The notes under the pieces are model-generated. The model did not search any database. It was not told where the DNA came from and worked only from the letters and a program-made list of their open reading frames with translations. From positions 331,146 through 395,145 of the forward strand of contig MFEY01000007.1 of the NCBI GenBank assembly GCA_001780035.1: 64,000 bases of DNA, in the 5' to 3' direction. This document shows positions 45,386-52,767 of the stretch, piece after piece. The stretch is from Candidatus Doudnabacteria bacterium RIFCSPHIGHO2_12_FULL_48_16 (GTDB taxonomy: Bacteria > Patescibacteriota > Doudnabacteria > UBA920 > O2-02-FULL-48-8). The translations under genes were made by a program, and so were the position numbers. Within the stretch, counting starts at the first letter, position 1, and each line of letters begins with the position of its first letter.

Positions 45386-46847
45386 TTAAAATTTCATGCT
45401 GTAGGTTTGGCAAAGCCGCGAGTAATCCCAGCACGACAAACAGCATGAGTCTCCCCTGCTGAATTGTAACAAAATAATGATCAAACTGTCCCAGGATCAA
45501 AAAAATCAATCCTAGAAAGATCAGGGAAAATTTAAGCGGCCCAACTGGGCCATGCCGCGCGCCGCGGAAAATTTGGATGATGATCAGGACAAAAATAGCC
45601 AAAGCTCCGACACCGGATTCCGCCGCAATGAAAATAAAAATATTATGGGCCGGTTGGTATTGCCAGGCCTTCAAAGCATACAGATCCCGCAGTGCCGGCA
45701 CGTAGTTCCCTACCCCTACCCCCAGCCAGGGATGTTGGGCCACCAAGTTTAACCCTAGGTCATTGAAGAATCCACGGTCTGTAATGGAGGTTTGATTCTG
45801 ATCCAAAACCCGGGTTTTGAGTAGCTCAAAATAAGTTCCATCCGCCTTCGTTAAAACTCCGGCGGACAGGCATGAAACAATGCCAATAATGGCTAAGATA
45901 AGCGATTTTTTCCATTGTTTGTGCCAGAGCCAATAGATGCCAAAGCCCAAATATCCGATGGCCGTGGCCAACCAGGCTAGCCGGGAAAAAGTCACAAAGA
46001 TTCCGAGCGTGATTAAGATCGTTCCACATGAAACCAAGAATAGCCTTAGTTTTGTTTCACGCCTGCCCGCCGAAGCCTCGGCGAAGGCGGATGAAACCAA
46101 AAAAAAGCCCATAAATAAGGCAAAAATCAGGAAAGACGCTAAAACATTGGGGTGTGGGAATGTTCCGTAAGCCCGAATAACCTTCCCTCCCAGAGTATCG
46201 ATCGTGGCTAATCCCGTCGTTCCCAGCGGCGGGATATATTCCCCAAGGAATTTCAGGCCAAGCATATGTTGCACGTGAAACTGCCAGAGAGCCAAAATCG
46301 CCTGGGTAACCCCTAATATAAATAGTATAGTGGCTGAAAGCCGGAACTGAATTGTTTCACGGAATGTTTCACGGAGGTAAATTAGCAGTAATAATAGCTC
46401 AAACCATTTAAAAACCCCGTAAATCCCCAGTTTTATTTGTTTCACGTGGAACACCGAGACTACAACCCAGAGAAATAACCCCAATAATAGCCAGAGTTTG
46501 CTGGTCAGGCTAATTCGAGGGCGCTCAAAAACCAGCCAGCTTAAGAAACACAAAATTAAGATTAAATCAGTCAGATAAACAAAGATGGCCAGGTGGTAAT
46601 TGAAATACCAGGAGATATATGATTGGGCCGGATTATAAAGCATCCGGGTTTGAATGGGCAGCAATAATAGGAATAAATAAAAGAAAACTTCATGAAACCG
46701 AAGTTTCATAAGCCAAGCTGATAAATGTTTCACGCCTGCCCGCCACGCCGCATTTTCTAGAAAATTTAAAAATTGTTTCACGTGAAACATAAATTTTTGG
46801 CTAATATTATTGATAAAAGGCAAGGCAGGCGGGTGAAACATTGACAT
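45372..46847 (-). CDS. O-antigen ligase / Wzy-like polytopic membrane protein (paralog of 14385-15587). 5' third is motif-laden.
   Basis: 491 aa with 10-12 transmembrane helices and the motif ...TFSRLAWLATAIGYLGFGIYWLW. The extent of the true coding 5' end is uncertain; see findings. Confidence 0.5.
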   Translation of the reverse strand: MSMFHPPALPFINNISQKFMFHVKQFLNFLENAAWRAGVKHLSAWLMKLRFHEVFFYLFLLLLPIQTRMLYNPAQSYISWYFNYHLAIFVYLTDLILILCFLSWLVFERPRISLTSKLWLLLGLFLWVVVSVFHVKQIKLGIYGVFKWFELLLLLIYLRETFRETIQFRLSATILFILGVTQAILALWQFHVQHMLGLKFLGEYIPPLGTTGLATIDTLGGKVIRAYGTFPHPNVLASFLIFALFMGFFLVSSAFAEASAGRRETKLRLFLVSCGTILITLGIFVTFSRLAWLATAIGYLGFGIYWLWHKQWKKSLILAIIGIVSCLSAGVLTKADGTYFELLKTRVLDQNQTSITDRGFFNDLGLNLVAQHPWLGVGVGNYVPALRDLYALKAWQYQPAHNIFIFIAAESGVGALAIFVLIIIQIFRGARHGPVGPLKFSLIFLGLIFLILGQFDHYFVTIQQGRLMLFVVLGLLAALPNLQHEILNDKL

Positions 46848-46938
46848 ATTGAATAATTTATTTTTTAATAAAAATATGAATTTACATTTTGAGTTTCTGC
46901 TTTTTCAAGATATCATGGAACGTAAGAGGAGGTAACCC

Positions 46939-47187
46939 ATGACGCCAAGAATCGTCGTGGCCAAGGGAGCGGGGTTGATCCGGCAATACGCGCAGCTGCG
47001 TTCCCGCTGGGATCGTGAAGCCTGGCTTGCCAAGGCTGAGCGGGCCGTCAGCTTGTGCACAAGAGATGAAGAAGAAAGGCTCCTGGCCATGATCCGTCTC
47101 ACGCAATATGCGCTGGGACAGGGGAGCCCTTACCCGGATAATAAAGAAGGAGGAGACCATGGGACGAAGGGAGGAGGTTCTCGCTGA
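46939..47187 (+). CDS. Hypothetical 82-aa protein in a GC-rich patch
   Basis: Strong AGGAGGT Shine-Dalgarno 6 nt upstream: MTPRIVVAKGAGLIRQYAQLRSRWDREAWLAKAER.... Confidence 0.4.
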   Translation: MTPRIVVAKGAGLIRQYAQLRSRWDREAWLAKAERAVSLCTRDEEERLLAMIRLTQYALGQGSPYPDNKEGGDHGTKGGGSR

Positions 47188-47413
47188 TGCAATTGCGGCG
47201 CTTAATCGAGCCGCCTGGGCTCTGAATGAGCCTTGGTCAGAGCAGAGTGCGCGCCGCAATCAGGACACTCTCGCCGCCATTTGTCGCGCCTTGCCGTATT
47301 GTCAAGGGCAGTGGTCGAGCCGCTTGCCTGGCCATTTCCAGGCCGCGGCCGAGGCTATGAAACAAAAGCTTCTGGCGCGCTTGGCCCAGCCGGGGACACT
47401 CAAGGAGCGTTGA
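47159..47413 (+). CDS. Hypothetical 84-aa protein, overlapping the previous ORF out of frame
   Basis: AAGGAGGAG Shine-Dalgarno immediately before the ATG: MGRREEVLADAIAALNRAAWALNEPWSEQSARRNQDTLAAICRALPYC.... Confidence 0.4.
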   Translation: MGRREEVLADAIAALNRAAWALNEPWSEQSARRNQDTLAAICRALPYCQGQWSSRLPGHFQAAAEAMKQKLLARLAQPGTLKER

Positions 47414-47560
47414 ATGGTCCACCCAATCGTCGATTGAACGCCAGGTAGTCGGGCCGATAGCCAGATAATAAGGCTATCATCCAACACTGGCGTTCGTTCC
47501 TGCTCTAGAAAACATACGGAGATAAATGTATAATATATGAACTTGAAAATTGTTGAAATA

Positions 47561-47612
47561 CGGGGTGTCGTATACCGGTAGTATGCACGCCACGCCCCCC
47601 ACACCAGTTTTA
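47561..47612 (+). pseudogene. Truncated, divergent copy of the 5' part of tRNA-Pro
   Basis: CGGGGTGTCGTATACCGGTAGTATGCACGC aligns to CGGGATGTAGTATACCGGTAGTACACGCGC of tRNA-Pro(CGG). There is no T-arm or 3' acceptor. Confidence 0.35.
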
Positions 47613-47613
47613 T

Positions 47614-47687
47614 CGGGATGTAGTATACCGGTAGTACACGCGCTTCGGGTGCGTGAAGACCGGGTTCGATTCCCGGCATCCCGACCA
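47614..47687 (+). tRNA. tRNA-Pro (CGG), CCA-encoded
   Basis: Acceptor CGGGATG/CATCCCG, anticodon arm CGCGC-TTCGGGT-GCGTG and T-arm CCGGG-TTCGATT-CCCGG. Confidence 0.8.
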
Positions 47688-47816
47688 AAAGACGCTCGGA
47701 CCTTGCAAAATTACCGGTTGTCGAAATTTAATTAAATTTCGCAACCTGCGTTCTCGACCCGCTTAAAGCGGGTCTGCGAAGGCTAATTTTGCAAGGTCCT
47801 CGCTGAAAGCAATTAT

Positions 47817-48416
47817 ATGAAACCTTTAATACTCGGCATTAACGGCTCGCCGAACCAAAACGGCCGCGTGGAACAATATTTAAAACTGGTTTTGAAAGAG
47901 ATCGGCATAGCGGGCGGGACAACCCGGCTTTTAAATTTGCGGAAATACAAGATCTTGCCGCACCGGGGTGCGTTGAATGCCAAAAGTTATTTGGAAAAGA
48001 GCCAAGACGACATGGCTGAACTGGTAAAACAGATTTTAAGGGCCGACGGCGTCATTTTTGCCACTCCCACACACTGGTTCCATGTTTCATCGCTCATGAA
48101 ATTATTTATTGATCGACTGACTAGCCTGGAGCATTACAATTTTTTGTTGGAAGGCAAAACAGCCGGCGTGATCACTTACGGTCCGCAGGGCGGGGCGCTC
48201 AATAGCGCTATGAATCTGCTGATGATCCTGAATCAATGGGGCATGAGTGTCCCGCCATACGGAACGTTGTTTGATGAGGGCCGGCAGGACAAATGGTTTG
48301 CTAGGGACTTGAAGCTCCTAGCTAAAAACATTTTGACCCAAATAAAAATATCCCGGCAGACGAATTGGGGATACAAGGGGGCCAAGTATAAATACCGGCC
48401 GACCGAGCTGATATGA
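47817..48416 (+). CDS. NAD(P)H-dependent FMN reductase / flavodoxin-like fold oxidoreductase
   Basis: 199 aa: MKPLILGINGSPNQNGRVEQYLKLV...FATPTHWFHVSSLMKLFIDRLT. Confidence 0.6.
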   Translation: MKPLILGINGSPNQNGRVEQYLKLVLKEIGIAGGTTRLLNLRKYKILPHRGALNAKSYLEKSQDDMAELVKQILRADGVIFATPTHWFHVSSLMKLFIDRLTSLEHYNFLLEGKTAGVITYGPQGGALNSAMNLLMILNQWGMSVPPYGTLFDEGRQDKWFARDLKLLAKNILTQIKISRQTNWGYKGAKYKYRPTELI

Positions 48417-48507
48417 GCAGAATTTTTTTCGTAGAGCCGTTATAAGTATTTACAAATCCGCCAAAAATCTATAAAATAAAGTGCAAGTTCACTCGGTGAG
48501 GATTGTA

Positions 48508-48582
48508 GCCCTCGTAGCTCAACGGATAGAGCCGGCGCGTCCTAAGCGCACGATGGGGGTTCAATTCCCTCCGGGGGCACCA
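48508..48582 (+). tRNA. tRNA-Arg (CCT), CCA-encoded
   Basis: Acceptor GCCCTCG/CGGGGGC (one G-U pair), anticodon loop GTCCTAA and T-arm GGGGG-TTCAATT-CCCTC. Confidence 0.7.
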
Positions 48583-48601
48583 CAAGGAAAATATTATTTT
48601 A

Positions 48602-48677
48602 GGGCCCATAGCTCATTTGGTAGAGCGCTTCCATGGCATGGAAGAGGTGACCGGTTCGAGCCCGGTTGGGTCCACCA
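48602..48677 (+). tRNA. tRNA-Ala (GGC), CCA-encoded
   Basis: Acceptor GGGCCCA/TGGGTCC (G3-U70), anticodon arm CTTCC-ATGGCAT-GGAAG and T-arm ACCGG-TTCGAGC-CCGGT. Confidence 0.8.
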
Positions 48678-48698
48678 AAATAATAAGTTAACAAACTT

Positions 48699-48869
48699 AT
48701 GAAGAAGTTATTTTACGGTTCGATGTTCTTGACGATTGCGTCACTGGTTATTGGCATGTTTAGTTTCGATAACTTTCGGGATCGAGTATATTTAGCTGCG
48801 ATGTTGTTGGGTTTTATATCAATTTTTGCCGGGCTGGAATATTTAATCAGAAATGCAAATAAGAAATAG
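48699..48869 (+). CDS. Hypothetical 56-aa membrane protein
   Basis: MKKLFYGSMFLTIASLVIGMFSF...AAMLLGFISIFAGLEYLIRNANKK with two transmembrane helices. It falls below the ORF-track cutoff. Confidence 0.3.
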   Translation: MKKLFYGSMFLTIASLVIGMFSFDNFRDRVYLAAMLLGFISIFAGLEYLIRNANKK

Positions 48870-48922
48870 TCAGAGAAAAACAACCCAATTACGGGCTGTT
48901 TTTTAAATGCTAAAATAGTCAT

Positions 48923-49564
48923 ATGAAATTCCCGACGTTCGTTTATGAAACCAAAAAATATAAAGAGGGGCTTTTCTTTGTTGCCGGGTGCGATGAAGTC
49001 GGGCGGGGGCCATTAGCTGGACCAGTCGTGGCCGCGACCGTGATCCTGGATCCGCTCTCGATCGGCAAGCAGCGGTCCAAAACCAAATGGTGGTATCGGG
49101 TGCGCGATTCCAAGACCGTGAATGAGCGGGAGCGCAGCGAACTGGAGCGGTTTATCAAAGATCATTGTCTGGATTTTGCCATTGCCGAAGTCTCGCATGA
49201 AACAATTGATGAAATCAACATTCACCAGGCTGGGATGCTGGCCATGCGCAAATCGGTTGATGGCCTGAAACCAAAACCGGATTTTTTATTTCTCGACGGC
49301 CGGCATACGATCAGGGGTTTGGATATGAAACAGGAAGCAGTGATTCAGGGCGATACAAAAATTTTGTCGATCGCGGCCGCCTCGATAATCGCCAAAGTCG
49401 CCCGGGACAAAATTCTTGGACAGCTTCATGCGATTTACCCACAGTATGGTTTTGGCAAGCACAAAGGCTACCCGACGCGGCAACACCGCGAGGCGATTCT
49501 AAAATTTGGCGTCCTGCCCGTGCATCGCCGCAGCTTTGCCTTCGTGAAACAATGTTTGCGATGA
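48923..49564 (+). CDS. rnhB: Ribonuclease HII
   Basis: MKFPTFVYETKKYKEGLFFVAGCDEVGRGPLAGPVVAATVIL is the canonical RNase HII active-site region. Confidence 0.9.
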   Translation: MKFPTFVYETKKYKEGLFFVAGCDEVGRGPLAGPVVAATVILDPLSIGKQRSKTKWWYRVRDSKTVNERERSELERFIKDHCLDFAIAEVSHETIDEINIHQAGMLAMRKSVDGLKPKPDFLFLDGRHTIRGLDMKQEAVIQGDTKILSIAAASIIAKVARDKILGQLHAIYPQYGFGKHKGYPTRQHREAILKFGVLPVHRRSFAFVKQCLR

Positions 49565-49577
49565 AACTTGCCAATCA

Positions 49578-49606
49578 TTGAAACAAGAGCAATTTTCGGC
49601 TATCAT
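49578..49606 (+). promoter_or_regulatory. Promoter candidate (TTGAAA-17-TATCAT) preceding a GC-rich structured leader
   Basis: Consensus-like elements that begin 14 nt after the rnhB stop. Confidence 0.35.
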
Positions 49607-49743
49607 TTATGGGCTTGGAGAGGTCGCAGATGCCGCCTCCGGCGGCACCCCGCCTTCATTAGAATTAATCGAGGTGGCGGTGGGTGGCCACCGCATTATG
49701 CGGGGTCCCGCCTACGTCTAATAAATAGTAATGGCGGGATCGA

Positions 49744-49989
49744 ATGAGATTTTACGCATATATTCTCAAAAGCCAGAAGCACGGCAGATATTATGTTGGA
49801 TCAACAAATGATCTTCAAGATCGATTGAAAAGACATAACGCCGGTTATAATAAATCAACCAAGGATGGCGTTCCTTGGGAACTAGTCTATAGTGAAACTT
49901 TTTTGACGAAGCAAGAAGCATACAAAAGAGAATTAAAAATAAAAAGTTATAAGGGCGGTGAAGCCTTTAAGCGCTTGATAAATTTATAA
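49744..49989 (+). CDS. GIY-YIG nuclease family protein (single-domain, UPF0213-like)
   Basis: 81 aa: MRFYAYILKSQKHGRYYVGSTNDLQDRLKRHNAG...EAYKRELKIKSYK. Confidence 0.8.
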   Translation: MRFYAYILKSQKHGRYYVGSTNDLQDRLKRHNAGYNKSTKDGVPWELVYSETFLTKQEAYKRELKIKSYKGGEAFKRLINL

Positions 49990-49993
49990 ATAC

Positions 49994-50083
49994 GGAAGCG
50001 TGGCCGAGTGGTTGAAGGCACGGCTCTCGAAAAGCCGCAGAGGTGAAAGCCTCTCGTGAGTTCGAATCTCACCGCTTCCGCCA
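49994..50083 (+). tRNA. tRNA-Ser (CGA), type II, CCA-encoded
   Basis: Acceptor GGAAGCG/CGCTTCC, anticodon arm CGGCT-CTCGAAA-AGCCG, a long variable arm and T-loop TTCGAAT. Confidence 0.85.
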
Positions 50084-50100
50084 AGAAATCAAGCTAGTTC

Positions 50101-50140
50101 GTCCGGTCGAATGACCGGACGCCCGATCGGATGATCGGGC
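50101..50140. repeat. Twin 20-nt hairpins (GTCCGGTC-gaat-GACCGGAC / GCCCGATC-ggat-GATCGGGC) between direct repeats of the tRNA-Ser 3' end
   Basis: Two adjacent hairpins, each an 8-bp stem with a 4-nt loop, bracketed by the 13-nt direct repeat TCCGCCAAGAAAT at 50077 and 50154. Confidence 0.4.
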
Positions 50141-50168
50141 GACTCCCACCCTCTCCGCCAAGAAATTT

Positions 50169-50510
50169 ATGATTATTACTTACGAAGATTTTCAGAAAGT
50201 GGATATCAGACTCGGCAAAATTATTGACGTCCAAGATTTTCCGGAAGCGAAAAAACCGGCATTTAAGCTTCGGATAGATTTCGGGACTGATGTGGGCATC
50301 AAAAATTCCAGCGTCCAAGCCGTCGGCGCCCATACTAAAGAAGAGTTGTTGGGGATGCCAGTGATGTGCGTAGTTAACTTTCCTGTTAGAAAAATTGGCC
50401 CGTTTGAATCCGAAGTTTTAACTCTCGGTTTCAAAAATAATTCAGGAACTGGTTGGATCCTGGCAACTCCAGCCAAAAATTCAGTAAACATTGGTGATCG
50501 ACTGCAATAA
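50169..50510 (+). CDS. csaA: tRNA-binding protein (CsaA/Trbp111, EMAP-like OB fold)
   Basis: 113 aa: YEDFQKVDIRLGKIIDVQDFPEAKKPAFKLRIDFGTDVG...VMCVVNFPVRKIGPFESEVLTLG. Confidence 0.75.
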   Translation: MIITYEDFQKVDIRLGKIIDVQDFPEAKKPAFKLRIDFGTDVGIKNSSVQAVGAHTKEELLGMPVMCVVNFPVRKIGPFESEVLTLGFKNNSGTGWILATPAKNSVNIGDRLQ

Positions 50511-50512
50511 GT

Positions 50513-50968
50513 ATGGACAACGTGCAAGAGAAATTTATGCGGGTCGCTTTGGCAGAAGCCAAGGCTGCCCAAGCCGCGGGCGACTTGCCGTTTGGCGCAG
50601 TCATAGTTTGTGACGACAAAGTTGTTGGCGCAGGCCGTGCGCAAAATAACACGGTCGGCGATGTCACCGACCACGCAGAATTATTGGCCATTCGACAGGC
50701 CTGTCAGACTTTGAGTAAGAACAATTTGTCCGATTGTGTCATTTATTGCAGCAATGAACCGTGTATTATGTGTGCGGCCGGAATCTTTCAAGCCAACATA
50801 CCCAAAGTCGTGATCGGTGTTTCACGGGATGATCTGCCTAATTTTTTACGCCCGCGCCGGATAAAGATTGAACATCTGGCTGAAGATTCCAGTTATAAAA
50901 TTGAAATTATACGGGGTGTTTTGAAAGATCAAATTTTGTCATTGTTTGAAAATATTAAAAATAATTAA
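50513..50968 (+). CDS. tadA: CMP/dCMP-type zinc deaminase, tRNA adenosine deaminase TadA-like
   Basis: HAELLAIRQA (H-A-E zinc ligand) and PCIMCAGAI (C-x-x-C). 151 aa. Confidence 0.75.
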   Translation: MDNVQEKFMRVALAEAKAAQAAGDLPFGAVIVCDDKVVGAGRAQNNTVGDVTDHAELLAIRQACQTLSKNNLSDCVIYCSNEPCIMCAAGIFQANIPKVVIGVSRDDLPNFLRPRRIKIEHLAEDSSYKIEIIRGVLKDQILSLFENIKNN

Positions 50969-50977
50969 GCAAAATTT

Positions 50978-51136
50978 ATGGACAACATCAAAGTCAAAGT
51001 TGTCGAGCATGGGGCCAAGGGCGGGGTTTGGTTCATCGGCTGGTTATTTACCATCGGTTTCGTGCATCTCTCATTTGGGCAGGGGGTGCTGGCCATTATT
51101 ATCTGGCCCTACTATCTGGGCAACGCGCTTAGCTAA
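50978..51136 (+). CDS. Hypothetical 52-aa membrane protein
   Basis: MDNIKVKVVEHGAKGGVWFIGWLFTIGFVHLSFGQGVLAIIIWPYYLGNALS, followed by a terminator at 51143. Confidence 0.3.
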   Translation: MDNIKVKVVEHGAKGGVWFIGWLFTIGFVHLSFGQGVLAIIIWPYYLGNALS

Positions 51137-51142
51137 GTTCTC

Positions 51143-51170
51143 AAAAAGTCGCCTCGTCAGCGACTTTTTG
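51143..51170 (+). terminator. Intrinsic terminator (AGTCGC-ctcgtca-GCGACT + TTTTG)
   Basis: Hairpin with a T-run. Confidence 0.55.
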
Positions 51171-51197
51171 ATATGATTAAGCTAGAGAATTAAAGAA

Positions 51198-51575
51198 ATG
51201 AATATGGGAAGTTTTATTGAGCTCAATGATACGCTACAAATAACGAGAGACCAGGGATTTCCGAAGGAACTGGATCTGACTAGGCATATGAGTAAGCCCT
51301 TTCAAGCGGCAGATTTTGCGGGTCAGGTTTTTGAATTTCGTGATAAGAAAGATCCGCGGGTTTACCATATGCCGCCGGTCAGAGTTTTTTTTGCCGAGAA
51401 CATTGACGGCAAATGGCTTTACTGGGGCCACGCAGAAATTTTGGAAATTAATATCGATACGGTTAAACGCATGACCAGCGGTAAGTATCGAATTACTAAA
51501 ATATTTACTTTCGAAGAAATGAAATCCGCATTTAACTTTCTTGATAATAGATCAGAGATAGACTACTTAAAATAA
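51198..51575 (+). CDS. Hypothetical protein
   Basis: 125-aa ORF with coding-like composition, immediately upstream of the cyclase gene with a 0-nt gap. Confidence 0.45.
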   Translation: MNMGSFIELNDTLQITRDQGFPKELDLTRHMSKPFQAADFAGQVFEFRDKKDPRVYHMPPVRVFFAENIDGKWLYWGHAEILEINIDTVKRMTSGKYRITKIFTFEEMKSAFNFLDNRSEIDYLK

Positions 51576-52178
51576 ATGTATATTGACCTGACACAAACTT
51601 TTGGTCCAGTAATGCCAGTATATCCCGGTGATCCGGCTCCGGAATTGAAACAAATTACCACCATTGAAAAAGACGGTTTTACCGATCATCAGCTCAACAC
51701 AGCGATGCATGTGGGGACGCATATGGATGCGCCGTGGCACATGATTGCTGGCGGCAAACGGATTTCGGAAATTAGCCCTGAGAAATTTTTTGGCCGCGGA
51801 ATCCTGATCGACGTCCGCGGCCGGGACCAAATCGGCCCGGAACTTCTGGCCGGAGCGCAAGCCGGGGATATGGTTTTGGTACTGACCGGTTTTGGTGCGA
51901 AGTTCCACAAGGCGGATTATTATGACACCTATCCGGAACTCACTGTCGAGTTTGCGCAAAAAGCCGCGGAGCTCCAAGTGAACCTGATTGGTCTGGATAC
52001 GCCGAGCCCGGATCGCACGCCGTTTGCGGTCCATAAGATTTTACTGGGCGCGGGTATTTTAATTGTTGAAAATTTAACTAATTTAGAACAATTGTTAAAT
52101 CAAAAGTTTGAAGTCGTCGCCCTGCCGGCTAAGCTGGAAACCGATGCCGCCCCTACCAGAGTGATCGCCATGCTTTAA
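51576..52178 (+). CDS. Cyclase-family protein (kynurenine formamidase-like)
   Basis: 200 aa: ...DLTQTFGPVMPVYPGDPAPEL...TAMHVGTHMDAPWHM.... Confidence 0.65.
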   Translation: MYIDLTQTFGPVMPVYPGDPAPELKQITTIEKDGFTDHQLNTAMHVGTHMDAPWHMIAGGKRISEISPEKFFGRGILIDVRGRDQIGPELLAGAQAGDMVLVLTGFGAKFHKADYYDTYPELTVEFAQKAAELQVNLIGLDTPSPDRTPFAVHKILLGAGILIVENLTNLEQLLNQKFEVVALPAKLETDAAPTRVIAML

Positions 52179-52191
52179 GCTATTTGGCATA

Positions 52192-52767
52192 TTGACATAT
52201 ACTACCATATTAGCTATGATGATAGTAATTTGTCGTATATATACATATATAAACGTGAAGACTGTAAAAAATCGATTAACCAAACAGCAGCAAGAAGGGC
52301 TCTTGATCAAGCTGGCGCGGGCCGTGGCTTCAGTTAATCGTGCCGAGGAAGGCGCCAAATTCCTTAGGGATTTATTGTCTGAGCCCGAGGTATTTATGTT
52401 AGCTCGTCGGCTGCAAATTGCTGAATTGTTGATGGACGGTTTAACTTATGAACAGATTCGAGAAGAATTAAACGTAGGCTATAATACCATTGCTAAGGTT
52501 CAAACTTGGCTGGAGCTTTATGGCGACGGATATAGGACGGTGATTAACCGGACAATTAAGAATAAAGTAGAAAAAAATATTAATGAACCATTTACAAAGT
52601 TGAAGCGAAAATACCCGATATCGTTTTGGCCGCAGTTGTTGCTCGAAGAGATGATTAGAAACGCCAATCAACGGGAGAAACAAAGATTACGGAATGTGGT
52701 GGAAGGGTTACGGAACAAAACGCAACTCTCGCGTGAGCTAACAAAATTATTAGCTAAAATAAATTAA
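52192..52767 (+). CDS. TrpR-like/YerC-family HTH protein with C-terminal extension
   Basis: ...FLRDLLSEPEVFMLARRLQIAELLMDGLTYEQIREELNVGYNTIAKV resembles the YerC/YecD (Trp-repressor-like) fold. Confidence 0.5.
   Translation: MTYTTILAMMIVICRIYTYINVKTVKNRLTKQQQEGLLIKLARAVASVNRAEEGAKFLRDLLSEPEVFMLARRLQIAELLMDGLTYEQIREELNVGYNTIAKVQTWLELYGDGYRTVINRTIKNKVEKNINEPFTKLKRKYPISFWPQLLLEEMIRNANQREKQRLRNVVEGLRNKTQLSRELTKLLAKIN

Noticed and set aside
46882-47259. 125-aa minus-strand ORF (and 47302-47688 minus, 128 aa)
   Set aside because: These are antisense shadows of the two SD-bearing plus-strand small genes. The second runs through tRNA-Pro.
48481-48702. 73-aa plus-strand ORF
   Set aside because: It spans tRNA-Arg(CCT) and tRNA-Ala(GGC), so it is not a protein gene.
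48713-48922. 69-aa minus-strand ORF
   Set aside because: It overlaps a more plausible 56-aa plus-strand membrane-protein ORF (48699-48869) that has a start right after the tRNA cluster. The minus-strand product has no features.
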